Assembly (NCBI GenBank): GCA_012295275.1
Contig: CM022669.1
Location: 4,092,001 to 4,156,000, forward strand
Source of the DNA: Chrysomallon squamiferum
Lineage: Eukaryota > Animalia > Mollusca
Length of the DNA stretch: 64,000 nt
Reading direction: 5' to 3'
Below are positions 16,766-32,385 of the stretch, in pieces (the stretch's first letter is position 1; each line of letters starts with the position of its first letter). A program made the translations under genes and the position numbers. Under the pieces are notes generated by a model. That model ran no database searches, was not told the origin of the DNA, and was given only the letters and a program-made list of their open reading frames with translations.

Positions 16766-19258
16766 TTTTCATAAGGCATCATTACGTACGGCTGAGAATC
16801 GTAAGATAATAAAAGAAGAAGCCACACGATTTTCTATTCTTTCTGAATACCAGAAAATATTTTCTAATTCCACAGACAGAAGAGTACATCCCAAGTTCTT
16901 TGACAGTCAAGATACGGCGACAGGAAAAACAGGTAAAAGTCGAGACGAAACATTAGGGATATACTCGTGTGTAGGTACATGTTAATACGTCGTTAATACT
17001 GAAACGTCGGCAATAAATCCATCGCCTACGAGCTGTTTGTAATCGTAAAGTTTTCTTTTTGTTAGCTGAGAACGCTTCAGGCAGTTACGTGCCTCAAGAC
17101 CTGAATCTCTCAAAGTACTAAACGACTTGATTAAGATCAGATGGCGTTCGCTAATTCAGTGCTTAGCATTAGACACATTTATGTTTCAACAAATTAGAAA
17201 AATATTCCTCTCGTTTCTTGCCCATCTTTCTACTATTCAGTTCAGTCTTATTTCTTCAAGACTGGTGTACAAAACATCGTGGTCATTTCGTTAGATAGAC
17301 AGACAGACAGTCAGATAGACAGATAGTCAGATAGGCGGACAGATAGAAGATAGATACATAGATACATCCAATCTAGATATATTAGATAGAATTAGATAGA
17401 CAGATCTGAACATTTTATAAATATATAGATATACAGATATATATAGATAGAGACATAGACAGATACATAGATATAGATGATAGACAGATAAACAGATAGA
17501 TAATTCCTATCTGTCAAACACACACACTTAGTAAACTACATGGGAATGTCTCTATAGATCAGAACATTGTTCTAACCTTTTGAACATCATGTATATCTAT
17601 CTATCTATCCATCATGTATGTATACACACGCAAACGAATCCATATATTCTTATTACGTTGTCTTTTATTTATTTTATGCTTTCGTATTATTATTATTTGT
17701 TATTACTTGGGATAATTTTTTTGGATATTTTTTTTATTAATGTTGTTTTATATATATTTATACAATTGATGTTTTGACTTAATTTTCTTTCGTTATATAT
17801 ATAAAATGTCGTATACTCCGTACAAGTTTTAAAAAACTTTCCTGATTATCCACACACTCCTGTGGAGTAAATTACAATTCCCATTTGATTAAAAGATGTT
17901 TTAATATCTAATAAGACATTTTAAATCAAATGGGCGGAACCCTATCATACTGATATCCATGATTTTATTCATAATATTGCGTGTCTGTGAAATGTTTTCT
18001 TTTCTCTGGCAGATATTAAACTGACATTACTAATTCTTGTAATCAGAATGGCAGACCTTGAAAGCACATGGTAAATGTTAGTGGTTGTTTTATTTATTAA
18101 TGGTTATTATTTGTTTTTCCATCGAACAATATTTTTCTGACGTGAAAGATACGGGAAATAGTTTACACATATGTTTTAAAGTCTTCTTACTCAGAAAATG
18201 AAAAATATAAAATTTAATAATTATAAAACATTTTTTATCATGCCTCGAAATAAGGTTATGAGATTTTGAAAGAGACATATAGCTATAAAACGATTTCAGT
18301 CAGTCCACCCACCAGTACTACTATTAATGATAATAATAATAAAAAAGAAGGTGACGATGATGTCAAAAATAGAACAATGACATCTATAAAAAGAGAAAAA
18401 CTATAGATTTCAAAAACTGACCAGTCAGATATTTACTTAATTACCACCCGTGTGACAGTACATAAATAGATTCCTCAACAGAAATAAACTTTAATTAATC
18501 AGAACACCAGAAGCTGTTACTTGTTTACTAAGAAAACAGATTTAGACAAGGTTTCTTATTCAGAACCTGTTTGTTCGCTTGTGATATTTCAATTAGTGCG
18601 TTGAGTCTAAGAATACTGCATGTGTTGCTCATCTCACTTTGATTATTATTAACATCCGCTCTTAGTACACTTATAATTTTCACAGTGACGTACACAGTGC
18701 TAGGCTCTTTCGTTTTGTACATTTTTATTTCCGAGGAACATATTCTTAATAAAAGTTTAGATAAATCATCTTCTAACTTCTTCAAGAATCTTAACTGTTT
18801 TGCAGCCTGTGTTTCGTAGTTACATGCGGCAGAACACAAATACGTTTTCTGTCTTGCAGAGTGAGTTTGTTGAAACATAAAGAAATGCAGCTTTACTGTT
18901 AAGAGATGCAGACACTTGAAATAGTTATGAAGTATTTCGTCTTGACGAAACTTTGCCTCAAAACTGACGAACGAATCTGTCAGCAGAAGGAGCTTTCAAA
19001 CTAAATATTTGTGAAACTGGGCTTTTAGGTTAGGACTGAAAAATGTCGAAACGGTTTCCATCAAAGTAAGAGAATACTTGACGTGTCAGTTATGTTTATT
19101 TTTCTCAATTTTATTTAGTGGAAAGTCGTGAGGGGTTAATGCCTACAACAAATTTTTCTGGAAAATTCTCTTCTACATATTAGTCAGGTAGCATCTCTTA
19201 GTTTATCTGTGTCTCTATCTATCTTCTTACACACACACACACACACAAACACACACAA

Positions 19259-19289
<31 letters not shown>

Positions 19290-20244
19290 CACAAGTAAAA
19301 AGTCTGATAGACAAATAGATAATAGATATCAGAGAGAAAGCTGTAGGGATAGATGGATGGATCGGTTAAATGAGACAGATAATCGTAGATCAGTGTGTCT
19401 TATTGTTTATTTATTTCCCTCAGTCTGTCTATCTGTCTGTCTAACCTTCAAGAAATGTGTCTGTTGTTGTTTTGTCAAAAGAAAAACAAAAGAAAATTAA
19501 AGTAAAACATTAACAAAAAAAACCCGTAACAGTGTAAATAAACTGGTACACCGCATTATTCAAAATGATCGCTCGAATCAATAATAAAGCACCGGTCTAA
19601 TATTTGTTTAAAATGGCCGACATTGTACGGCAATACAGTTGCAATATATCAACTCGCTAGATGGGGCTTTCTCATTTATCACAATGGATGGGTCATTACC
19701 CGTTTTGTAAACTGTGAAATATATTACCAGAAATAAAACCACTTGCGCTACATTTACTTTGCGAACAGTGAATAAGCAAATCAGTCGGTTAGTGTACACA
19801 CCGAAACGAGGCCCAGACCGCCCACTTGAAAAGCAAGAAAACAGCAGAACCGAAAACGCAAAACAGGACGAGATAATTTTCTTTATACAAAGCCGAAGAA
19901 AGAAAGAAAGAAAGAAAGAAAGAGCTTAAAGAAATAATGAATGGTTGTGATAATTACGTCAGAAATGAGTTCAGTTTATCTGTTTGTTAAAGAATGAATG
20001 TCCGCTGAATAGCTAAAACGTCTATTTATATGTTCACGAATAGCACGGACTAACGGATTTTTTTTAATTGCACAGTTTTCTCTTTTTTTCTGATTTTTTC
20101 TTTTAAAGCAAGAAGGGACAATGAACACACATTTAAACACATCTATACAACACATGCACACATATTTTGAAGAACGATTTTTTTTCATTAAACGTTTTGA
20201 GTAATCTATTTCATAGATTTTTTCAAAGTTCTACAAATATTCAT

Positions 20245-20295
<51 letters not shown>

Positions 20296-21195
20296 AACAT
20301 CTACTTTGTAACATATATATGAAAAAAAAATTGTTTCGTGATCGAATTAGTAAACACGTTGAACATGAGATGGAAATCGATAATAACATCATTTTTATGT
20401 TTGTATGACATAGAAAATAAATATTGAAACTAGAATTGCAAACCAAAATGCAAGATGGTTTTAATGTAATATATATTTATATTCTTCCCATAAGCAGCAA
20501 CAGCAAGAACAACAAAAACCACAATAACACATCAAGTAGTAATAATATGTTTAGTTTACTCTGTGTCTACAAATAATTATTCTTATGTTCATTAATATGA
20601 AATCTTTTATATTATTAACGTTAAAATTTGTAAAAATAATTAAACAACTTACATGTTCATCCTAGTTTTCTGACTTGTACCTGTAATAACTATGACGTCA
20701 AACTATTGTTGACGTCATTGAACCTTTAGAGTGAACTTTACGATCGGCAACAAATAGATTTCTTTCTATTTCTATTGTTCTTTGTTCTTTATTTTTCTTT
20801 ATTCTTTCTTTTTTTCTTTGTTTCTTTTTTTTAACAAACAGCCAGTCAGAAAAATCCGTACGGTCGAAGTACGTAATTCATACACAGAAAAACCCATCGT
20901 TAAGACTCATTATATTACTGAACATTACGTCAAACAAGTAACCACCAGGTCATTGACCGTATCTATTCTTCACACTATCTAGCTTTTTCCGTCAGTCTGT
21001 CTGTCTTCTTTCGATCCATTCATTTATCCCTTTGTATGGTTATTATTATTAGTACTAGTAGCAGTAGTAGCAGTAGTAATAGTAGTAGTAGTGATAATAA
21101 TAGTTGTAGTAGTAGTCGTAGTAGTAGTAGTATTGTTGTCGTTGTTATTCTGCAGTTATCTATATATTTAAATAGTTATTTAAAGCGAATATTTA

Positions 21196-21230
<35 letters not shown>

Positions 21231-21470
21231 ATTATTATGAAAATAACCACAGAACAGAAACAACAGCAACAACAACAATAATAATAATAAATATGTGTAG
21301 ATATGGAAATACTTTTCTCAGCAAATTCTCTCTGTGTCATGTTAACTGCACATAGCTGACACTTTAATCCCGCATTTTGCTAATTGACGAGTATTTCAGT
21401 TAAAACCTGTCTGCCACATCCAATATAAACATCTACACCTTCAAACAAAGGTATAGAACATAAATAGTGT

Positions 21471-21533
<63 letters not shown>

Positions 21534-21939
21534 TTAACTATAATTAACGATTATTTGTTCAGTTTGTTTGTATCAAAACTGAATTTACCCTTAGCCAATT
21601 AATAAATCGTCGACCTGTTTCTCTCTATCTCTCTACCTGTCTGTCTGTCTATCTAGCTGTTTATCCATCTATCTACCCATCTATGTGTCTGCTTATTTAC
21701 AGCTGTCTGTTGTTCTATCTATCTATCTTTCTGCCCGCCTCTCTTTCTCCTCAGTGTCTGTCTCGCTATCTATCTATCTATAATCTGTCTACCGGTATGT
21801 CTGTCCATCTGTGTATTTATTTATTTACCTTTTGTACTTTCTGTGTTTTTCTGTTTTCTGTAAGTCATGTTGTCTGATTATCTTTTTGTATGTTTGTCTA
21901 TCTTATATGTTTATTAACACATCCCTTTTTCTACTCCTT

Positions 21940-22016
<77 letters not shown>

Positions 22017-22089
22017 CTCTCTCTCCCTTTGTCTCCCCTCTCTCAATTACTGACTGTATACCCATCTATATCTCACTCTGTTTCTGTCA

Positions 22090-22500
22090 TTCGCTGACGG
22101 CCTCTGAAATACGTTAACAGCACCGTCGAGTCCGTGTTTTCATGTACGTGTTTAATGCGGCGGTGACACTGAATTAATCTCCAGGAACCGATGGTCTTTT
22201 CCAGGAAGTGAGGTGATCAGATAAATAACGCGCGGCGAATTGATTCGACTCATTGATTGGTCGCTGTTGGCCTCATCTTCACGACTCGTGTGGTTCAGTG
22301 TGTGATGCAACTAACAGCAATCAATTCTTCCCATTCATAAAATTAGTGGAAACTGATACTGTCAGTGGAATATACTTGGAAGATCAAGAAAAAGTTAAAA
22401 AAGAAAAAGAAAAAAAAAGAAGTATAGTGATTGATTGGGGATGTAACAGTTTGTAACAGTTGTAATAGGATAAGGAATGTGGTGTTAAATTTATGGGTAA
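22090..22500 (+). promoter_or_regulatory. Possible promoter / first exon region of the nAChR gene
   Basis: Local CpG-rich island with ATTGG (CCAAT) and an Inr-like TCAGT, followed by a donor-like G|gtaaga at 22497; speculative. Confidence 0.25.
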
Positions 22501-22666
22501 GATGTGTTAGTTACGACAGTGTATTTATTAATATTAGTTGTTTAAATTTAGAATTATTGTAATAAGTAAATAATCAAAGAAACTAAATTAATAAATAAGT
22601 AAAGAAAGAAAGGAAGGAAGAAAAAGAAACTAAGAAATAACACAAAAGTAAGTTTATGTTCATTTT

Positions 22667-22790
<124 letters not shown>

Positions 22791-23331
22791 TTCTGTCTCT
22801 TTTTCTCTATTTTTCTCATAATTTCACGACCATAATATTCTCTTCAGCTGAAAAAATTGTTATCCTTTCTTATAAAGAAGATGTAAAGTATCGAAACAAG
22901 ATATTCTGCAAGTGAATTATTTCAAACAAAATCGCAGAGTTCACAGCATCACCATGGAATCTTCTTGGAAGACGTATACGAGAATCAATGGCACGGTTGT
23001 TTTGCTTTAGAAGCAGTGTTCTGTCGTGCGCGAGTGTATGCAGAAGTGTATGCAGAAGACGAAATCTTATTGGTTCAGTGTAAATCATCAAACCCGTGAT
23101 GAGCTAGCGCGTCACTGAGATTTTTAAATTTTTTTTTTTTTTCACTTTTTTTTCCTACGATAATGACAACGATTCCCAACAAACACAGCTGAACAGTACA
23201 AAATAACTTGTTTTTTTTTTTTTTTTTTTTTTTAAATGAAGAAATAAAAATAATAATTTTGAAATGTTACTAGTTGGACATGTTTTTGCAATAAGTGGTT
23301 GTATAATAGGTGTATTTTCTCTTTCTCACAG

Positions 23332-23703
23332 AAATGACTTATCGTCGTTCAGAAAGTTTTCTCCGCGGAGGAGTACGGCGCACGATTTGCAATCCGAGGA
23401 GTTTTCGAGACGTATTTCGTTTTGTTATCAAATTAACGGGTGTTGAACACCGTGGAGAAGTGAAGAATTCTGTGTAAATTAAACGAAGGCGTTAACGTTA
23501 ATTAAAGATCTCTTGCAAAGCAGAGAACGTCTTCTACTTAGGAAATTACATGTGTGTAGACAGAAGACATTTGCCGTCAGAAAGATGAGAGGACTGCCAC
23601 ATTAGCGAGGCATCAGACGCTGTCCGTCTCAGACATTCAGACAGACAGACTTGGGAAGAATTGACCGCACAGCTGATTACTGTTAGGTTAGTGTCACATT
23701 AAG
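23332..23703 (+). other. Candidate 5'UTR exon of the nAChR gene
   Basis: Strong polypyrimidine acceptor ttttctctttctcacag|, a complex CpG-containing body, and a strong donor AAG|gtgagt at 23704 (alternative ag|gttagt at 23687). Coding exon 1 needs an upstream exon. The linkage is inferred. Confidence 0.4.
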
Positions 23704-24760
23704 GTGAGTCTAATGTTGATAACATTAAATGTCTTTCTTTTGAGAAAAGAAATTGTTATGAGTCCATTCTGGGTTATTTTATGTGTATACATGTGAATAC
23801 TAATATGTTTTAGTGTGTGTGTGTGTGTGTGTGTGTATGTTTGTGTTTGTCTACGTGTATACCTGCATGTATAAGCGTGCATCAGAGTAACTATGTAAAT
23901 ATAAGAATGTAAAATTTTTTTTTTAAAGTCCAGTACTGACTTATACCGACTAATATAGTTATATATATATATATGTATGTATGTATGTACACACAGAATT
24001 TGAATACATTTAAGTATTTTATACGTAAGGGTAATAATTTCCTAAAAGCCTAATTTATATAAATGGACAAACGAACTAAATTTACCAAAGCATGAAGAAA
24101 CAATTAGCTACTATATGAACGAATAAAAGAATTAATTTTGTGAATAAATAAATAAATTAATTAAAGATGAGTAAACGAATTACTGTATGAATGAATAAAT
24201 GAATTAAATGTGCTTAAACAGTTTAAATAACATATATATCAATATATGCATTAATCTATATCTGAATACAAATTTAATACATAAATCAATAAATAAACGA
24301 ATTAATGTATGAAAGATTTTATTTCTGTTCTTATCTAGTTTAATTATTTCCTGATTTCTGTCATTTTTTAAATTTTTTGTCGTGAAAAAATAAAAAGCAT
24401 ATTTTTTCTCTATTTATTTTATTTTTTATTTTCGTATTTTCTTCCATTAAGATCTGATTATTTTTTTCTGGCAAACATATTCACAAATTTATTATAAATG
24501 CTGTTTAAAATAAGTAAAAACGAAAATTACACGTTAAGTGAAGGTTAAGTGAAGGTTAATGATTCTAATGATTAATTATTTGACTAATATTTACAATTTT
24601 GAAAAAATATTCTTTCTTAAAATAGGTCTGTACTTTTATTACATGAAAATGGTAATAAATCTAATCCTGGTAAAAGAGAATGTAAACCTGTTTGTTCTTA
24701 GTTAAACATTGTTTCGTTGTGAAATGTATAAAATTACTGATATTTAGCTTTCAAAAGAGA

Positions 24761-24915
<155 letters not shown>

Positions 24916-27194
24916 TAAATACGAATTTAAATATTATTTATTGACATAAAATCTTTCTTCATTATGGTTTAGTTTGTCTGGTACTGGAAAGAAACCAAAT
25001 AATACATAAAGTTCTAATTTGCTTTATTTATGAACTATTTGGCTCTTTTGTTATTATTTCCTGCACAGTTTTCTAAGTGAATTCTGGGAGAATCAGACTA
25101 CTCATGCTAGAAAACATATATACGTACATGCATACATACCTATAACACACACACACACGCACGCACAGACACATATATACATATATAACCATTCAATTTT
25201 CCATTTAATCTCTTCTCTCTTGGAAATGAAACAGAAACAAATAACAAGGATGAGATGATTCAACAGCAGACATCTTGGTTTTTTTTTTTTTTCTTGTTAA
25301 TTCAATTTATCCAAAGTGAAAACACTATGTCCACCTGGATGTTATTATCTGTTTGCCAGAGGTGAACACACAACTAGAAAACAGACTTTACCTGACACAC
25401 GAGTGTAAAACACTGGTAAAAAGAAAAAATCTCTACTGTAACAGCCAGTTTAATGATACGTGTTTGTCTTTCTGTCAGTACGTTTGTCCATTCGTCTATA
25501 TGGCCTTTGTCTCGCGGTAACTTATTTTCATAGAAAGGTTTTTTTTTTTTTTTTTTTTCATAACGTATGGAATTATTTTTGATGTTTAGGAGATTCACTC
25601 TTTTTTTCATTAATTTGTTTTATCTTGATAATGATGATGATGATAACAGTATAGACAACAATATCAATAACAACAGTACGAATCATGGCATAAAACAATA
25701 AAATTATAGCAACAAAAAAAAAACAACAATTACCATAATAAAAATAGAAATAACTACTGCTACGATGAATTTACTAATAAGAACCATAATTAAAACAACA
25801 ACAAAAACAACAACAGAAGTAATAATAATAAGTAACAACAACAACAATAACAATAATAATTATTCAATAGCAATAATAATATAATAACAATAACAGCAAT
25901 AATATTAATAAACCAAGTATATAACGAAAGAAAAAAGAATCAGTCTTGCTAACAAATATTAAGAACATCCCTGTGTAAACTATTTTACACACGCAAAACC
26001 ATTTCACAGTCGAAATCGCTTTCTTTGTCACTCTTTTCGCTTCCTTTAAAATCATCTTGTTTTACTGCTAATGTAACTGGGCATAGTTCACCCAGTGGCA
26101 TTAAAACGCATTTACTTGGATCAGTGTACTTCGGCAAGCTCGGTGATTTTGGCTTCAAGTTAATCCTTAATGCTTTGTGTGAAGTTTTCAGCTTAACTTA
26201 AGTTCATTTACGGTCATGAATCAAGTCTGGGAATTAATCGGTTCCGTTAAATTCTATTTGTATTCGTTTGCTATTGACGGTTAAGTCAAAACGATTTCTG
26301 AACCGATTTTCCTTTCTTATTAATTAATTTAAAAAAAAAAAATTGAAAATCCCCACAAAACTGATTATATAGTGATTATATTTTGGCGGAAGGTGAAAAT
26401 TAATTGTTATTTTAATTTAATAATTACACCTATAAAAAAAGAAAACAAAACGAACCTATTAATTTTTCTTTTATTATTCGTTCATTCATTCATTCATTTA
26501 ATATTTATTTATTTATTTATTTATTATCATCATGATGTTATACTGGATTTTCTGTTGTTTTTTTATATTTTTATTTTTTATTTTCTATTTTGTTTTTGTT
26601 ATTTAATGAAATAATATAAAAACGTCATCGCTCTAAAAAAATTTTTAATAAACAAATAGACTATTTAAAATTTTAATAATTTTAAAATACGGAGCTATAT
26701 TACTTTGACAGAACCGTTAGATTGTCCTCGGAATCCAGAAATAAAACAGAATTCATGATCACGTTTGTTCTTTCGAGTCAAAAAAAAAAGAGAAAGTTAT
26801 CTGTCATTCTTTAGTGTCTTTCTTTAATGCTATTTTTATTCTGCATTTTTATTTTTATTTTCATTTATTTAATTTTATTTTTATTCTAAGAAGAAAGAGT
26901 TTCAGATATTTATATTCAGCAGTTCAGTGTAATGTATAGACAGGCTTTTAGACAACCGCAACAATAGTAGCAAAAGTAACAACAACAATAATAATACTAA
27001 CAACTGCAATATTAATAATGATTATCATGATGATGCTAATGAAAACGACGATAGTGATGATTATGTTCATGTCTGCTTAAAGTTAAGAATTATCAAATTA
27101 TATTAAATTAAAAATAGATTAAGATAATTATATTAATTCTTTCTTAGTATAGCTGCTAAATAAATATCTGTCTCTGTATGTCTCTCTCTCTTTT

Positions 27195-27266
<72 letters not shown>

Positions 27267-27318
27267 ATTATTTGGGATTTCTAAATACGCTTTGACCAGC
27301 TCTCTCTCTCTCTCTCTC

Positions 27319-27396
<78 letters not shown>

Positions 27397-28349
27397 GATT
27401 ACATGTATTTTAAGCAAAGACATCTGATGCACTACAGATAATGTACTAAAAAACTAAATAATCAGCCAATCCAAATTTCAGTGTGTAAAATTAAAAACAC
27501 TCAGGATCTCTATCAGCACCACAGTGTGGAACTGTAATACAAATGCTGAATAAAACGAAATGTCGTTTTATCTTTTTACAGCTATACTTACAAATAATTG
27601 AAATCATATTGTAAAACTCGTTTGATCATACGGTTTGAATACATACATTCTCAGTTTGTTTCAAATGACCGACAGCATGCAAAAAATTTCTAACTTATAT
27701 CAAAAGATTTCAATATTATATATCCCTTGCTATTGAAAAGTGAATGAAAATTTACCATAAAGCGTGTCTCTTGATCAAACAGCTTTAATATATAATTTAC
27801 ATACATCCTAAGTCTGTTTCAAAAGTCTGAAAATGTACAACAAAATTTATTCCTTAGATCAAACATGTCTAACATTTTCTTTTCGGTACAAGTGATTGAA
27901 AATACACTGTAAAGCTTGTTCAATATACCAAAGCGTCTGATATCACACACCTCCTACTTATTGATGATACTTTCTAAACAGAAATCCTGATTACGTGAAG
28001 ACGACGGCGGATGAACGCGACAGACTGTGGCATTGTGCATGTCTTATTAACCTTTTAAACTAATCCGTTGTTCGATGTCTGGTCAGCAGTACACTGCGTT
28101 GTTCGCTCTCAGTTCTGTCTCCTCTAATCCGATCCTTATCTCTTCTGAAAGCTGCACGTTGGACTCAGGTGGTGCTCTTCAGTGTTGCTAGATAAATTAA
28201 AACCTATCTTTGTTGTATCAGGTTTCGAGTTTGTTTCTCCATTTTTTACTTTTTTAGATCATCATGATACCATATTAAAAAATATAATGTGTGTAAAAAA
28301 GTGTGCATCATCTACATGAAGAAAGTCGATTCTTCTGGCTTTACTGAGA

Positions 28350-28388
<39 letters not shown>

Positions 28389-28610
28389 CGTTAACGCGAT
28401 ACTGCTAAATCTTTCTTTATTAAAATTCAAGATTAACATGTCTGTGTTCACGATTAATATACATTTTTACCAGTGTTAAAGTCTTATGTAAATTATAATC
28501 TTTGGTTGTTTGGAATTTCTGAATAACATTTAACTGACTTGGTTTTTGTTGTTGTTGAAAACATTACTGTTTCAGATATAATCCTAGTTACTTAGTAGTG
28601 CTACTACCAC

Positions 28611-28715
28611 CACTACCTCTACTACTAGTACTGCTATAACCACTACCTCTACTACTAGTACTGCTATAACCACTACCTCTACTACTAGTACTGCTATAAC
28701 CAGTACTTCTACTGC
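28611..28715. repeat. 30-bp tandem repeat (ACTACTAGTACTGCTATAACCACTACCTCT), about 3 copies, in an (ACT)n-rich tract
   Basis: Direct reading. Confidence 0.8.
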
Positions 28716-30178
28716 TATTACTACAACTACTACAACTCTTACCAGTACTGCTACTATTATTTCTACTACTGCTACTACTACTAGTACCATTAGTACTACT
28801 ACTACTACTATTACTGCTATTACACTACTATTGTACATCTACAATCATTACTATTACTACTATTGTTAGTGTAACTATAGCACCTTTACTACTATAACTA
28901 CTACTACTACTACTATCACTATCACTACTGGTACTGCACCATCACCACTACTACTACCACTAGTACTACTACTGCCAATACCACGTTCACAACCTGCTTT
29001 ACTACTGCTCCTGTTGCTGCTGCTACTACTACTACTATCGCCTACTAAGTCTACGTTTGGAAAATTCCTTAAAAATACATTCAATCTCAACATATTATAT
29101 TGCCATATGTAATTATTTTCTAAACGAAAGATAAATATAAAGTTAATAAACTATATTATAAACTATTAATATATGAAGTCGTCTTTACACATCCACGCAC
29201 GCACACACGCACGCACACACACTATGCACACATACAAAGAAAACAAAAACACCAGCACAAATAATAAGTCTAAATAATACAAGATTTTTAAATGTAGTTA
29301 AACAAATATTAGTTGACTCGTTATACCATATCGCTGTAAGTTATGGATTTATAACAGATATCGCCAAAATGTTATCTGTGATAAATAAGAGACGGTTTTA
29401 ATCGACCAGCAATTATTTTTAACATCGCTGTCTCTTTTTAATTGTGTTTAACCAAGGTCTTCCTGAAATTCTTTCAAAATGTCATCCTTTCTTTCATTTT
29501 TGAACGAAAAAAAAAAAAAAAAAGAAAGAAAAAAAAAAAAAAAAGAATGATAAAACTGAAACGAAACTTCGCTGTCATTTGATTAAAAGAATTGAACCGA
29601 AAACCGATAGTGGCAAGAATATTTTCTGGAGCTGTATTAAAAGATATGGAAGTGCATTTTAAATAAAATCCGGCGAACGAACATCGACTTGTTTTCTGAA
29701 GGTACACAGTCAAATTGACTAAGTTGTTCTATCGATGACAATTAGTAAACGCGGCTGGCCATTTAATTGTATGTGACAATCATACGCATTGTCCATCGAT
29801 CGGGTAAATATTTAGAAGATGGTATTGATTTCCGTGTCATAACCAACGTGTCACTGACCACTTGCCGCCCTCATGTCTAAGTAGCCATAAACTGGCATAT
29901 GAGTATGTGGCGCTCATTACTTCTTCCGAAGCAGCGGCAATAAGCCAGATATACACTCGTCTTAATAAGAAATCTAAGGTGAACGTACAGATGAATTTTT
30001 AAATCAATGCGAGTTTATTCAAATGTCGACGTAATAAACGACGCGATGCCATGGATACGTGGCTATTGAATAATAAGACTGTGACACGTCATCGAGCTCG
30101 TGTTTCGATGACGTAATAGCAGACGGTTTATTTTAAATACCAGACGTTTTTGTGGTAATATTTGGTGCCGTTTTAAAA

Positions 30179-30214
<36 letters not shown>

Positions 30215-30244
30215 TGTGTTGTTGTTGTTGTTGTCTGTTGATTT

Positions 30245-30280
<36 letters not shown>

Positions 30281-30656
30281 TGATATTTTTGTGGGGTTTT
30301 TTTTGTTGTTGTTTTTTTATCTCTGGAACAACTCGACTCCATCATTTCATGCTGATTTATCAACAGAGAAATGTGTATTTAATTTCATTTTAGTACTTTA
30401 ACTGCTCATTTACCTAGTCTATCTTCCACCATTAATGAGTTTGAACACAAGTCGACCCTCAGATGGAAAAAAACAAACACGATCATAAATGTTTAGTTCG
30501 CTTTAGTTTTTATTATTAACTGCTATTCGGCATTAAACATATGACTTCTATAACTGTAATGATGACGAAAAAAAGTAACGTTTTTGTGGAAACTACCCAA
30601 CACAGATTATTGTCGTTTCATATATATAGTTTAATAAACAAACAAAATAAACAAAC

Positions 30657-30687
<31 letters not shown>

Positions 30688-31080
30688 CATTTAAACAAAT
30701 AAATTATTCTTTCGTTTTTGCTAAGATGAATGTTTAAACTTCAGTTATTAACCATTAGAAACGTTTTTATATTTAATGTAGTTTCAGCCTCAAATGTTGT
30801 AGACACAACGCCATTGAAATAAAAAACAACAGAATCGTAAAACACAAATCAAAGCTGGAACCATACGATCACGTTCTTCATAATGTTGTTTTATGAAATC
30901 AGTTATTAACACATAATAATCTCTTTTGTTTCGTTTAACTTTCGTAACTAAAAAAGGAATTAAAAATGACTTTTAAGTTTAATCTGCTTCAAAATTAGCG
31001 TCAACTTTTTTCTAGGTTCATTTGCCATTCGCCTGTCAGTACAATTAAAAAGAGATTAAAATTATAGATTTTATATTTAT

Positions 31081-31710
31081 TTTTGTTTATTTTTGTTTAA
31101 TGTGAGTATAAAATATTTTTAATTTTTATTTTATTTTTATTTATTTATATTATATGTATCTATCAATGTTTATGTGTATGTATGTATGTATGTATGCATG
31201 TCTGTATGTCTGTATGTCTGTATGTCTGTATGTCTATATGTATGTATGTATGTATGTGTATGTATGTATATGTGTATGTACGTATGTATGTGCGTACGTA
31301 TGTATGTATGTATGTAGGTATCTATATATATATATATGTATGTATGAACGGTGTATGTATATTATTAATAAATACATCAAACATCTATATATGTATTTTT
31401 TTTTTCCCGATCCTTTCCTCCATACCAGACGAAAACATGATATATTTTTGTTTATTTGTTTGTTTATGTGAGTATAAAATATTTTTAAATTTTATTTTAT
31501 TTTTATTTATTTATATTATATGTATCTATCAATGTATATGTGTATGTACGTATGTATGTGCGTACGTATGTATGTATGTATGTAGGTATATTTATATATG
31601 TATGTATGAACGGTGTATGTATATTATTAATAAATACATCAAACATCCATATATGTATTTCTTTTTTCCCGATCCTTTCCTCCATACCAGACGAAAACAT
31701 TATATATTTT
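31081..31710. repeat. Local tandem duplication (about 31081-31445 and 31446-31710) differing in internal (TATG)n length
   Basis: Both copies share TGTGAGTATAAAATATTTTT...CCCGATCCTTTCCTCCATACCAGACGAAAACAT. Confidence 0.9.
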
Positions 31711-32353
31711 TATAAGTTTTAAAACCACGTTAACAAAGATACTCGAAATCATATATATATATATATACACGTGTTGCTGTTGTTGCAAATCTAACCTGCG
31801 GGATATCGTAAATACTGACAGAAGCATAACGTGTAAAGAAACTGGACACTGGAGAGATCTGAAAAGACGCCAATCACGTCTGGCCAGTAAGGTCTTTCTT
31901 GTCTTTAATGATGTCAGTGCCTTGTAATCAGACCACAGACCGCTCGTCCGCTCTCTGTCTTTATTCTTAATATGTCATTTGATATCGTGTCTTTCCTAAT
32001 TAATTCTTCATGAAGTAAAAAAAAAATTAGCTTCCTCTCGCTAACCAAAAACACGGTGGGTCACCTTTTTGCTGAAAGAATTTCGTTGATTTGCAGTGTT
32101 CTTTATTCGTAGTTTCGTACAATGCGGTCACTGGAAGCGTCATTGTTGAATATTTATTGTATAAAATGATTAGATCTTTGAATATCCATTTTCGAAGTTT
32201 TATAAATATATGTTTTTCAGAAGTCGCGACTAGACTTGTGAAAACATCCGTTGTTGCAGCTTCATAAATATGTGTTTTTAAAATGACTAGGTCTTTGAAC
32301 CTCCTTTGCTCAACCTTTACATATATACACACATACATACACACACATATACA

Positions 32354-32385
<32 letters not shown>

